Of a DNA stretch of 46,821 nucleotides, positions 28,807 to 37,712 are shown piece after piece. Below the pieces are notes generated by a model. The model saw only the letters and a program-made list of their open reading frames with translations. It was not told the origin of the DNA and did no database searches. Made by a program: the position numbers and the translations under genes. This stretch comes from a virus (Duplodnaviria > Caudoviricetes). The DNA is taken from positions 1 through 46,821 of the IMG/VR virus record IMGVR_UViG_3300046025_000030; one strand, written 5' to 3'. The stretch's first letter is position 1. Every line of letters begins with the position of its first letter.

Positions 28807-29046
28807 ATGCCGGGGTACACGGGCCCGTTCTCCCAGTACAGCGAGTATCACCAGTTCGTCGTCGGGCTCGCCCTCGGACTGGCCGGCGATTCCGGTGACG
28901 ACATATTGGTGGTGGCGGTGGCGGCGGCACTCGGCGACAACCAACGCGTCCCCAAGCGAGTGCTCGGCGAACTCGAAGCACAGCCGCACTACACTTCGTT
29001 TGGGTTCGTCGTCGGGCGGTTGCTCCGGTGGTTGCGCGACGGGTAG
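28807..29046 (+). CDS. Small hydrophobic protein, possibly membrane-associated
   Basis: 79 aa with short hydrophobic segments and a basic C-terminus; last gene of the late operon. Confidence 0.65.
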   Translation: MPGYTGPFSQYSEYHQFVVGLALGLAGDSGDDILVVAVAAALGDNQRVPKRVLGELEAQPHYTSFGFVVGRLLRWLRDG

Positions 29047-29266
29047 GCCTCCTTCTCTCGGGCTAGTTCGGCAGTAAATTCATGTGTTGGGTGTATCGCC
29101 CAGTGGCAATACTGTTTGTCTCCACTACTCGTTGCGGTCGGCAATGTACCATATTAGTGGCAAACTTGCCAGACTAAATTGTTTCTCACCCATCATTTTT
29201 GAACACTTTCTATTCAATCACAGTTCGGTTCCCTCATACTATATCCCTCGAGGTAAATTCAGATGT

Positions 29267-29551
29267 ATGGCCGACAGTTCGGAGCTGAGTCGGACGACAA
29301 TCGCGCTCAGTCGGAGCACCAAGGAAAAGTTCGACCGGGCGAAGCCCTACGAAAGCCTCAGCGCCGACGAGTTCGTCGATGTCCTTCTCGATCGATGGGG
29401 AGAGCCGCCGATGACTGACGCACCGACCACCGAGGAACTGAAGCTCGTCGCCAACCACGGCAGCGGCGCCGTCGAACGATCACTCGCAGTCGTACAACTC
29501 GCAAAGCGACGCGACCGGCTCGACGAACTCCTGGAACTCACGGAAGCCTAG
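29267..29551 (+). CDS. RHH-like DNA-binding protein with a C-terminal extension
   Basis: RTTIALSRSTKEKFDRAKP..SADEFVDVLLD; TATA-like TACTATAT about 25-30 nt upstream. Confidence 0.65.
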   Translation: MADSSELSRTTIALSRSTKEKFDRAKPYESLSADEFVDVLLDRWGEPPMTDAPTTEELKLVANHGSGAVERSLAVVQLAKRRDRLDELLELTEA

Positions 29552-29614
29552 GCATGAACGAACGGACGACGGGCGCGAGGACGCGCGACAGTGACGGAGG
29601 GGGCGACGCGGCGG

Positions 29615-30187
29615 TTACTCGTCATCGTGTTGCATAGCCCTCCACGCCTGCGAGAACTGGTCGCCGTCGATCAAACCGGCGCGGTGTAGCTGTGTGAGGC
29701 GATCGGGAGAGTAGGAGGCGAGGTCACCGTCGGCCAACTCCTCGAGGTTCTCGGCGCGCTCGACGTGAATGTCGACGTCAATCGAGTCGTAGCCGATGCC
29801 CATCCGGGTAAGCGCCGATTCGATCCCCCGTTCGACAGCCACCGCCGTCTGCCAGCCATCGTGCTGGCCTTCGGCGGCGTGGGCGGTATCCCGGTACCTG
29901 AGATACACTATCTCGGGGAGTGTGGGCAGCGCGTTCGTCAGCGGTGGTTGGGTATCAGGGTTGGATTCGTATTGGTCGGGCTCGCTGAGTGCCGTATCGA
30001 GATCTTCGAGCGGAAGTGTCGACGCGATAAGTTGGAGGTCGAAGATACTTGCCTGGAGTCGGTCGCGGATTCGTGCCCTGGCGGCGCGTTCGCCCCGTGC
30101 ACTGAGATCGGATTCACCGCGGAGCGCATCTCGCTGCCTCGGGGTGAGCAATGCTGAAGGCCGGTCGTCGGGAATGCCAGTTACCAT
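29615..30187 (-). CDS. Haloarchaeal mobile-element protein, putative regulator
   Basis: RPSALLTPRQRDALRG..RARIRDRLQASIFDL pattern recalled from haloarchaeal virus/plasmid genes. Confidence 0.7.
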   Translation of the reverse strand: MVTGIPDDRPSALLTPRQRDALRGESDLSARGERAARARIRDRLQASIFDLQLIASTLPLEDLDTALSEPDQYESNPDTQPPLTNALPTLPEIVYLRYRDTAHAAEGQHDGWQTAVAVERGIESALTRMGIGYDSIDVDIHVERAENLEELADGDLASYSPDRLTQLHRAGLIDGDQFSQAWRAMQHDDE

Positions 30188-30221
30188 GTCTTCGGAATGG
30201 ATTTAGTTGCCTATTGTTGGC

Positions 30222-30620
30222 TCACAACCCGTCGACCTCGACGTCCCGCCAGGCCAGATCGACCGGTAGTGCCATCAACCGCGCGGCCGGGAAATCATAT
30301 GTCTTCCCGGGCTTGTGGGCGTTCTGCGGGTTGCCGTCGATGTAAGCGCATTCGTACACTGTGTTCTCTGGGCCGATACCTGGCAGCCATGGATGCATTT
30401 TGTAGGTGAAGAGGTCGAATCCTTCTGCGTCATAGTACTCGCGGCAGGTATCCGCAACCTGTCGGCGTACGAACACGGCCTGCCGCGTCACTAGATCAAT
30501 TGCGACGCCGCCCTCGAGCGGCCGGGTGTTAATGTCTGCAAGTGCTGCCTCGATTTGCTCATCGTAGTTCTGTTCGGCGTCGTCGAAGTCGTGATCGATC
30601 GCGCTGTTGTCAGTCATCAA
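30222..30620 (-). CDS. Hypothetical protein
   Basis: 132-aa acidic ORF in the leftward operon. Confidence 0.7.
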   Translation of the reverse strand: MMTDNSAIDHDFDDAEQNYDEQIEAALADINTRPLEGGVAIDLVTRQAVFVRRQVADTCREYYDAEGFDLFTYKMHPWLPGIGPENTVYECAYIDGNPQNAHKPGKTYDFPAARLMALPVDLAWRDVEVDGL

Positions 30621-30713
30621 TGTACTCCGTGAGGTGTCGCTGGTGGATGTCGAACAGGGCGGTGGTTGCGCGCGTGATCTGGCTTCGGGTGTGGGCGGCG
30701 AGCACGCGCGCCG

Positions 30714-30950
30714 TCATCGCTCGGCCTCCCTGTCGACGGTGATGACGAGCCCACGATCATCGATGGTCTTGGTGACGCGGTCGCGAGAGCCGGCGGCGGC
30801 CCACGCCGTCCGCTCTAGCTCGAGCGTGTCGTGGACCCCGCCGGCGAAGACGAACTCGACGCAATCGTCGTGGCACTCTATCTCTGAGGGGTAGTATTCG
30901 GCGGCGTTCAACCGGCGCTTGACGTCATCTTCTATGGGTCCGGTGCTCAT
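30714..30950 (-). CDS. Hypothetical protein
   Basis: MSTGPIEDD..., ATGA-type overlaps on both sides. Confidence 0.6.
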   Translation of the reverse strand: MSTGPIEDDVKRRLNAAEYYPSEIECHDDCVEFVFAGGVHDTLELERTAWAAAGSRDRVTKTIDDRGLVITVDREAER

Positions 30951-31174
30951 CCTTCGATGCCTCCCGTCCACCGAGACCCACAGTCCGGACATCGGAACAG
31001 GAGGTAGAGGACGTCCGAGTAGCCCGTCGTCGATCGAACGGTTTCAGCCTCGTCGGTACAGTCGCAGGCGGTGGCGTCGCTGTGTCGTTCATACCACCGC
31101 GGCGGGCCCGATCGGCGGATCGGTCGGCCGCGGGTTCGACGGTCGCGAGGGTTCCGCAACGGTCGCCGGGTCAT
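30947..31174 (-). CDS. Arg-rich protein with a CPDCG zinc motif
   Basis: CDC...CPDCG; coupled to both neighbours. Confidence 0.5.
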   Translation of the reverse strand: MTRRPLRNPRDRRTRGRPIRRSGPPRWYERHSDATACDCTDEAETVRSTTGYSDVLYLLFRCPDCGSRWTGGIEG

Positions 31175-31428
31175 CGATCGCCTCCGTCGGCGGTCGTCTC
31201 GAGGTCGTCCAGGGCCGCGGCTGCGGCGACCTGGAAGTCGGTGCCCGTGCGCTCGGCGTATCGGCGGCATACCTCGTTGATCGATTGCTGGCGCGACGAC
31301 AGTAGCACTGGGTCGACGTTGTAGGGATTCGGCTGGTCGTCGTGGTACGGACTCGGCCGCCGCAGCTCGACGACACCGTCTTCACGGACGTGGAGCGAGA
31401 GCTCCCCCTGTCGGTGGACCTGGGTCAT
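31171..31428 (-). CDS. Hypothetical protein
   Basis: MTQVHRQGEL...ADGGDR, coupled overlaps. Confidence 0.6.
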   Translation of the reverse strand: MTQVHRQGELSLHVREDGVVELRRPSPYHDDQPNPYNVDPVLLSSRQQSINEVCRRYAERTGTDFQVAAAAALDDLETTADGGDR

Positions 31429-31532
31429 CCGCGGGCCTCCCCGACGAACACGGTCGGTTTCTCGTCGCAGTCGTGGTCGAGCGCTTGGGCCTTGGTTTTG
31501 AACTCGGCGTCGCAGTAGCAACAACGCATCAT
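31425..31532 (-). CDS. Zinc-finger microprotein
   Basis: MMRCCYCDAEFKTKAQALDHDC. Confidence 0.55.
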   Translation of the reverse strand: MMRCCYCDAEFKTKAQALDHDCDEKPTVFVGEARG

Positions 31533-31714
31533 CGGTGGGCCTCCCAGTCGACGTCCGATCGTGTGACGGCGACGACGGCGGGCAGGCCGCGCGCTCCCTC
31601 GAGGTAGCACTGGAAGCACGCGAGGTCGGGCGAGCAGCCACAGCTATCGTCGCTGAGGGTCATGGTCGGGGTCGTGCCGGCACCGTTTTGTGCCGAGGGT
31701 GTTGATTCGTTCAT
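31529..31714 (-). CDS. Small Cys-rich protein, first gene of the leftward operon
   Basis: CGC..ACFQC. Confidence 0.55.
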   Translation of the reverse strand: MNESTPSAQNGAGTTPTMTLSDDSCGCSPDLACFQCYLEGARGLPAVVAVTRSDVDWEAHR

Positions 31715-31728
31715 GCTCGGTTGGTTCC

Positions 31729-31794
31729 GAGCACGGTCGGACGGTGTCCAAGCACCGTTCGGCCAGATCGCATTCTGACCGGCATCCCGTGCTC
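31729..31794 (-). promoter_or_regulatory. Three-way-junction structure in the 5' UTR of the leftward operon
   Basis: Outer stem GAGCACGG/CCGTGCTC enclosing two hairpins (31741-31758 and 31761-31780). Confidence 0.5.
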
Positions 31795-31905
31795 CTCACC
31801 ACATCCTTGTATCCAAACCCACATAAGTCTTGTTACATTGTCCACATTGTAGTACAGGACACCGAAAGGTACTTTGGCCTGCCTGCTGGAAGGGACTTTG
31901 AAGGC

Positions 31906-32199
31906 ATGGCCTCCCGATCATACGACCGACCAAACGTGGCGAACCAAGACTTCGACCCGACGGAACGACAGCGGCGCGTTCTTGATGTCTTCAAACAGGA
32001 GTATCAAGTCAACCCGCGACGGATCCGCGAGGTGACGGGGATCAAAAAACAGCGCGTGAACGACGAACTAGACGCGCTGATGAATGCGGGCTGGGTCGAA
32101 AAGCGAGCGCGCGGGCTTTACAGGCTCGTGTACAACGGGGAATGCTACGTCGAGCAAACGGTCCACTGCAAAGGCGAAGGCCCTCGGAGAGAACGATGA
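31906..32199 (+). CDS. Winged-helix transcriptional regulator, phiH1-repressor-like
   Basis: NPRRIREVTGIKKQRVNDELDALMNAGWVEKRARGLYRL; divergent from the leftward operon. Confidence 0.75.
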   Translation: MASRSYDRPNVANQDFDPTERQRRVLDVFKQEYQVNPRRIREVTGIKKQRVNDELDALMNAGWVEKRARGLYRLVYNGECYVEQTVHCKGEGPRRER

Positions 32200-32540
32200 G
32201 TAGCGACGGGCAGAAGACGTTGGAGGTCCCGGAAACGGACCTCTACAAGGTGTACAGCCTGCTTGAAAGCGCGACCACGGCCGCGGCGGAAGGCAACCCG
32301 AACGGCTGTGCAACGCTCGCCAGTGACGCACAGCAGAAGGTCGCCGACATCCACGAGGAAGCCCATACGGTGCTCTATGGGACGGGCGGGCCATCACTGA
32401 CTGACCACCGAGCGATCTGTCCCGAGTGCGGCATGGACACGGTTCACGCGGTCAAACGACGCCGACCATCCGAGCCCACCGAGACCAACGCGGCCCTCAC
32501 TTGTGGGGCCTGCTCGTGGAGGGAAGAAACCCATGCCTGA
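32196..32540 (+). CDS. Hypothetical protein with a C-terminal zinc ribbon
   Basis: CPECG...CGAC. Confidence 0.65.
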   Translation: MSSDGQKTLEVPETDLYKVYSLLESATTAAAEGNPNGCATLASDAQQKVADIHEEAHTVLYGTGGPSLTDHRAICPECGMDTVHAVKRRRPSEPTETNAALTCGACSWREETHA

Positions 32541-32955
32541 CCACGGTATCGATCGGTTACCCGACAAAGACGGCGGACAAGTGATCGACGGCTCCAGCCT
32601 CCCGTCGATGACAATAGAAAATCACGACAGCGACCCCGTAAGAGAAGCCCTAAACCGGGTGGAATACTTCGACCGCGTCGCGGTCGGAGAGGTCGACGGC
32701 TACGCTGTGCAACTAGTAGCGAAAGTAACTGACCAAGGACTCACGGGTGGCTTCACGCCGAAACTGACGATCACAGTCGACGGCGAGTGGGACCACGAGA
32801 CGGGCACGTACCTGGGCGGGTCGACGATCCGTCGTGAGTTTGACACAGTTTGGGAGATGGACGCAGAATTCGGGGAACTGTGTCGGGAGCACGGCCTACT
32901 TATCGTACCGCCTGGCTGGCCTGAAACCAGCGAACAAGACGGGGGCGACCGATGA
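32533..32955 (+). CDS. Hypothetical protein
   Basis: MPDHGIDR..., acidic, coupled to both neighbours. Confidence 0.65.
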   Translation: MPDHGIDRLPDKDGGQVIDGSSLPSMTIENHDSDPVREALNRVEYFDRVAVGEVDGYAVQLVAKVTDQGLTGGFTPKLTITVDGEWDHETGTYLGGSTIRREFDTVWEMDAEFGELCREHGLLIVPPGWPETSEQDGGDR

Positions 32956-34673
32956 GCACGACAGCTGAAAGCGACGACGTCGGAAACGACGACCAAGCAA
33001 TCACGATCGGCGAAACCACTGACGGTGACCCGTACACGCTCCCGGTTGAGGAGTTACTCACCGGGCGGCTGTTCGCGACCGGGAAATCAGGCGCCGGGAA
33101 GAGCAACACCGGCAGCGTCATCGCCGAAGAACTCCTCGAGCGCGGCCACCCGGTACTCGTCGTCGACGTCGACGGCGAATACTGGGGCCTCAAAGAGGAG
33201 TACGAGCTGCTGCACGTCGGCGCGACCGACGAGTGCGACCTCCAGGTCGGCGCCGAGCACGCCGGGAAGCTCGCCGAACTCGCCCTCGAGCAACGCGTCC
33301 CCATCATCCTCGACGTCTCCGGCTACGTCGATCCCGACGAGGCCGACGCGCTCGTTCGCGACACCGCCCACGAACTTTTCGCCCGCGAGCAAGACGCACT
33401 CCAGCCGTTCCTCTTCCTAGTTGAGGAAATCCACGAGTACCTCCCCCAGCAGGGCAGTCTCGGCGAGACCGGGACAGTGCTTCGCCGGATCGCCAAGCGC
33501 GGCCGCAAACGCGGACTCGGAATCGCCGGGCTCTCCCAGCGACCCGCCGACGTTGACAAATCGTTCATCACCCAGGCCGACCTCGTCGTCTGGCACCGCT
33601 TAACCTGGGAGAACGACACCGACGTCGTCAAACGCGTCGTCGGCAGCGAGTATGCCGATGCCGTCTCCGACCTCGCTGACGGTGAAGCGCTCGTCCAAGC
33701 CGACTGGCACGACGCCGACGTCGTGCCCGTGCAGTTCCGGCGAAAGCGCACGTTCGACGCCGGCGCGACGCCGGGGCTCGACGATGTCGACCGGCCGGAG
33801 TTGGAGAGCATCGACGCGGACCTCGTTGAGGAACTCGAAGCAATCAGTGACGAGCACGACCGCCGGCAGGACCGCATCGCTGAACTGGAGGCCGAACTCG
33901 AGGCGCGCGAAGCGCGCATTCACGAGCTCGAGGAGGAACTGGACGATGCCCGCGATCTTCAGCGCCTCGGGGAAGCGTTTATCGATGCCGCCGAGGACCG
34001 CGGCCCCTCGGGCAGCGACGTCGACACAGACCTCCTCGCGGAGAAGAACGACCGCATCCACACCCTTGAGTCCGAACTCGAGGAAGTGCGCGGCGATCGC
34101 GACGCGGCCGAAGAAAAAGTTGCCAGCCTACAGGGCGAGGTCGAGCGGCTCCGGTCCTACGAGGCGCGGGTTGACCAGGCCGAGGCTATCGAAGCGCAGT
34201 TGGAGCAAGCGCGCGACGTGCTCGGCGTCGATGTCGAGACGGCCGACCCCAACACCGCTTCGCAGGCCGAACTTGCGGCTGCTCGCGAGCGGATCGAGGA
34301 GCTCGAGGCCGAGAATGAACAACTCCGCAAGGGGTCCACAGGTGATGGGAGCGCTGACGTCGATGGGTTCGCCGCGCTGATAGCGCATGACGCCGTGCAG
34401 GCAGCCGTCGAAACCGCGGCAGAGAACGGTGACCGGGCGGGCGAGCACTACGATTCCGTGCTCCAGGTGCTTGCGAGCGCTGACGGCGGGCCGCTGGGTA
34501 TCGATGAAATTGAGCCGTTGCTGGATGTGTCCGAGACCACGGTACGTGAGGTCTTGAAGGAACTCCACCGCAGCGGCGTTGTGCGTCGTGAGAAGGATGG
34601 TCGGAAGACCCGGTTCGCGCTCGATCGGGAGTTTTTGGAGCGTCGAATCGAGGTGGCCGAACTCGATGCCTGA
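32952..34673 (+). CDS. HerA/DUF87-like ATPase with a long coiled coil and C-terminal wHTH
   Basis: Walker A GKSGAGKS, DVDGEY, Walker B LVEEIH, RGRKRG, SQRPA. Confidence 0.88.
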   Translation: MSTTAESDDVGNDDQAITIGETTDGDPYTLPVEELLTGRLFATGKSGAGKSNTGSVIAEELLERGHPVLVVDVDGEYWGLKEEYELLHVGATDECDLQVGAEHAGKLAELALEQRVPIILDVSGYVDPDEADALVRDTAHELFAREQDALQPFLFLVEEIHEYLPQQGSLGETGTVLRRIAKRGRKRGLGIAGLSQRPADVDKSFITQADLVVWHRLTWENDTDVVKRVVGSEYADAVSDLADGEALVQADWHDADVVPVQFRRKRTFDAGATPGLDDVDRPELESIDADLVEELEAISDEHDRRQDRIAELEAELEAREARIHELEEELDDARDLQRLGEAFIDAAEDRGPSGSDVDTDLLAEKNDRIHTLESELEEVRGDRDAAEEKVASLQGEVERLRSYEARVDQAEAIEAQLEQARDVLGVDVETADPNTASQAELAAARERIEELEAENEQLRKGSTGDGSADVDGFAALIAHDAVQAAVETAAENGDRAGEHYDSVLQVLASADGGPLGIDEIEPLLDVSETTVREVLKELHRSGVVRREKDGRKTRFALDREFLERRIEVAELDA

Positions 34674-35031
34674 ACCGCGCGGGTGCCCGGTCTGTGACTG
34701 GCGCGGTGAGGTAACCCAGACACACGACCGAACGCACACGTATCACACGCATGTCATTGTCCGCGACGGCGAGATCTTCTCCGGAGACACGTGTAGTAAG
34801 CGGCGACAGCCACGCGATCCTGGGCTGCTCACCCGACTCTGGCGGTGGTTGCGGGCCGAAGGAGGTGATATTTCAGCTGGCGAGTTTTCCAAGTCCCGCT
34901 CTCGCGACCTCGACGAAGCCCTCGGAGGTGAGCGAGAGGTCCCCGAGTACGCGGAGCACGTCTCAATGGTCCCCGAACACATCCCGATGCAGATGCGAAC
35001 AGACGACGAGTCGGATTCCGAAGACGAGTAG
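34666..35031 (+). CDS. Hypothetical protein with a CPVC motif
   Basis: MPEPRGCPVC; overlaps the ATPase stop. Confidence 0.55.
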   Translation: MPEPRGCPVCDWRGEVTQTHDRTHTYHTHVIVRDGEIFSGDTCSKRRQPRDPGLLTRLWRWLRAEGGDISAGEFSKSRSRDLDEALGGEREVPEYAEHVSMVPEHIPMQMRTDDESDSEDE

Positions 35032-35122
35032 AGAACTGCTCGGATACCTGTGCTCTCTCCAGAGAACGTAATCGAGATCCGCGCGAAGGCCGACACCGTA
35101 TAAGGTATCGTACTAAACTGCC

Positions 35123-35136
35123 CAAAACTTTATTAG
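35123..35136 (+). promoter_or_regulatory. BRE/TATA promoter for a leaderless transcript
   Basis: CAAAACTTTATTAG about 26-39 nt upstream of the ATG at 35162. Confidence 0.6.
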
Positions 35137-35161
35137 CTCTCCCCCTATAGTACCATACGTG

Positions 35162-35737
35162 ATGGAGACCGAAACCCCAGGCGACGACGCAGCCCAGAAC
35201 GACGACCACCCGGCCGCAGCCATCGACACCATCGTCGTCGACCCCGACGACGTCGTCGACGCGATGCGGCGGAACCACCGCGACCAAGACGAGCAGCACA
35301 GCCACGTCCTCCGCGTCACGACGCCGCTGCAGGGCGAGCGCCGCGCGAAGCCACACGTCTCGGAAGCGCACACCTACTACCCGTCGGAGCTAAGCCAGAA
35401 GCCGATCCACATCGGGCCGGAATGGTTCATCATCGGGGACGACGCCGGCAGCCGGCACCCCGACTGGCGGAACGAGTGGGCTCACCCCACCATTCCCGAG
35501 GGGCGGTCGCTGTTCCGCGACCAGTTCGACCTGTACAACGAGCGCGGCGCGAACCGGCCGCTGACCGACGGCGAGGAAGCCGAGTGGGACGAGTGGTGGG
35601 AGACTGTCGTCGAAATTTGGGCAGATCGTGTCCGGACCGCACTCGAGAGCACGGAGGAGCTGACGCTCACGAGCCATCACCCGGACGTCGACGACACGAC
35701 TGTTAACGTCCGAATTGAGGAGGACGACGCACAATGA
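35162..35737 (+). CDS. Hypothetical protein
   Basis: 191-aa acidic ORF after an AT-rich promoter. Confidence 0.75.
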   Translation: METETPGDDAAQNDDHPAAAIDTIVVDPDDVVDAMRRNHRDQDEQHSHVLRVTTPLQGERRAKPHVSEAHTYYPSELSQKPIHIGPEWFIIGDDAGSRHPDWRNEWAHPTIPEGRSLFRDQFDLYNERGANRPLTDGEEAEWDEWWETVVEIWADRVRTALESTEELTLTSHHPDVDDTTVNVRIEEDDAQ

Positions 35738-36201
35738 CCACCTCCCAGAACGACCAGCGCGCCGGGTACGTCGACGACGCGATCATTGAGGACGCCCTCG
35801 CCCAACACGACGACCCCGACCACCCCGACGCACTCACCGTCGACGAGGTCCGCAAGCTGCTCGCCCACGTTCAGCACGACACTGAAGCGGTATGGAGCCA
35901 GTGGATAGACAACATCAAGCTCGAGAGCAATGACACCCGCGTCGTCGCAACCGACGATGACGTGGTCGTCCTCGATACCGGCACGCACGACACCACCCGG
36001 CGGGCACTCGAGACCTACGACGGCCCGGTCACGGTCGACGAGATCGCCGAGCGGGTCGTCTCGTCGATCCACCACCGCGTCGCAAAGCAGATCGACCGCG
36101 AGCACTCCTGGGAAGTAACCTGGCCGCGCGTCGTCCGCCTCCCCGCAGACGACGAGGCTCGCCAGCGCTTCGTCGATGCCGCCGAGGAGCGCGATGACTG
36201 A
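35734..36201 (+). CDS. Hypothetical protein
   Basis: 155 aa, ATGA overlap. Confidence 0.7.
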   Translation: MTTSQNDQRAGYVDDAIIEDALAQHDDPDHPDALTVDEVRKLLAHVQHDTEAVWSQWIDNIKLESNDTRVVATDDDVVVLDTGTHDTTRRALETYDGPVTVDEIAERVVSSIHHRVAKQIDREHSWEVTWPRVVRLPADDEARQRFVDAAEERDD

Positions 36202-36538
36202 CGTCGAGGCTGCGGTCGAGCAGCTCGCCGACGCCGGCCTCCTCACGAGACGGCAGGCCCAGGCGTACGTACTCCGGGAGATCGAGGCTGTCCCGCGCGA
36301 CGGCGCAGCGCAGTGGATGGGCGTCGCAAAAGGCACGATGGACGACTACCGGCGGGATGCCGAAGAGAAGGTCGAGTCGGCCGAAGCGACGCTCGACGTC
36401 ATCGACGACCTCCGCTTCGCGGAGATCCCCGAGGCGTGCAGCCGGTGCGGCAGCGCACTCGGCGGGACGTGGACGACGACGGATGACGGCGCTGCGTTGT
36501 GCCTCGAATGTGGCGGTGTCGACCGCGACGACGTCTAA
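36194..36538 (+). CDS. HTH (sigma-70 region 4/LuxR-like) plus zinc-finger protein
   Basis: LTRRQAQAYVLR..AAQWMGVAKGTMDDY; CSRC..CLEC. Confidence 0.75.
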   Translation: MTDVEAAVEQLADAGLLTRRQAQAYVLREIEAVPRDGAAQWMGVAKGTMDDYRRDAEEKVESAEATLDVIDDLRFAEIPEACSRCGSALGGTWTTTDDGAALCLECGGVDRDDV

Positions 36539-36630
36539 CCCCGGCTGCCGTGGGCGTACGCCGCGGCGCTCGACAACGCGAACGTGAAACTTCTGGGAGT
36601 CTAACGTTATCTCTACCCCATATCCCAACC

Positions 36631-36924
36631 TTAGAGATAATCAAACCCTCCTAACGTTATATCATCCTGTTTACGCTCGTCGACGTATTCGGTAAGCTGG
36701 TACCGGTACTCGCCGACGGTCGCGTCGAGCACGTCATCGCGGCAAAGTCTGCCGAGCCACGGGTGCACGTACTGCATCGGGAGCTCGACGTCGAGCGCTG
36801 GGTGCTCGTGGATCTCGCGCCGAATCACGGGGCCGGATAGCCCCTCGTGGTGGGACTCGAGAACGGTTCGGACAGCGCGCTCGATCGCCTCGCGCTCGTA
36901 GGCCTCGAGTGCCTCGTCGCGCAT
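36631..36924 (-). CDS. Winged-helix-like protein
   Basis: GLSGPVIRREI..VHPWLGRLCRDDVL..YRYQL. Confidence 0.6.
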   Translation of the reverse strand: MRDEALEAYEREAIERAVRTVLESHHEGLSGPVIRREIHEHPALDVELPMQYVHPWLGRLCRDDVLDATVGEYRYQLTEYVDERKQDDITLGGFDYL

Positions 36925-37109
36925 ACCGGTTCGTGGGGTTGGGTGGGGTGTAGGGTTGGTGGGGTGGGTTCGTGGCTTCCGTGCAACCGGTGGTTTCCGG
37001 GGTGTCAGACGAGCGTCGCACGGTGATTTCTCGAATGACGAGTTCCGGTGTAGTGGTTTCCGGATTCGGGTCGGTTCAATACTTACCGCGTCCGCGAGTC
37101 GGGTGGTGT

Positions 37110-37253
37110 ATGGCGTTGACAGAATGGAGTCACTGCCCAGAATGCGAATCGACCGCAGTGAACGTGACCGTGTACAGTTCGGCGGAGATGGAGCTTGAGT
37201 GTACGCGGTGTGGGATGGTCGAGGTGACGTCGTTCTCCCCTATCCCGGTGTAG
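37110..37253 (+). CDS. Zinc-ribbon microprotein
   Basis: HCPECES...LECTRCG. Confidence 0.55.
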   Translation: MALTEWSHCPECESTAVNVTVYSSAEMELECTRCGMVEVTSFSPIPV

Positions 37254-37436
37254 TTACCCCTCGAGTTCGTCGAGTGGTGGGAGAAATTCGTCGAGGGCGA
37301 CGCGCATGACGTCGCTTTGGTTGGGTTGGAATTGGTGTGTGTCGCTGGCCATGTAGGTTTCGAGGCGACGTTCGAGGTCGTCGTCGATGCGGAACGTGAT
37401 CTGCTTGGCCATCTGTGCTTGGGTGACCGTGCTCAT
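37254..37436 (-). CDS. Ribbon-helix-helix regulator
   Basis: KQITFRIDDDLERRLE..NQSDVMRVALDEFL. Confidence 0.8.
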   Translation of the reverse strand: MSTVTQAQMAKQITFRIDDDLERRLETYMASDTHQFQPNQSDVMRVALDEFLPPLDELEG

Positions 37437-37444
37437 GTCCATTG

Positions 37445-37535
37445 ACCATTTGTAATGCAATTATTTAATGGTTTGCCATAGTTGGTTGGCTGACAAAAGA
37501 CTTAATTACATTGCGGTTAACGAATTGCATCGTAA
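37445..37535. promoter_or_regulatory. Divergent promoters with repeated AATTRCAT operator-like sites
   Basis: AT-rich island; ATGCAATT at 37455-37462, AATTACAT at 37504-37511, AATTGCAT at 37523-37530. Confidence 0.6.
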
Positions 37536-37538
37536 GAC

Positions 37539-37697
37539 ATGGACGACCGCTACACCAGCATCACAGTCAGCCAGGAAATAGCCGACGCCCTCCACGACCG
37601 CAAAGAGCGGACCGAAACCTGGGACGACTTCTTCACAACCCGATTCAACCTCGACCTCGACGACCAACATCCGCACCCCGAGGCCAGCGATGCCTGA
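37539..37697 (+). CDS. Second RHH-like regulator (52 aa)
   Basis: MDDRYTSITVSQEIADALHDRKERTETWDDFF; absent from the ORF track. Confidence 0.7.
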   Translation: MDDRYTSITVSQEIADALHDRKERTETWDDFFTTRFNLDLDDQHPHPEASDA

Positions 37698-37712
37698 ATC
37701 CCACCGACCCCT

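Noticed and set aside
29084-29266. N-terminal extension of the RHH ORF
   Set aside because: AT-rich promoter-like DNA with non-halophilic translation; the ATG at 29267 has a correctly spaced TATA
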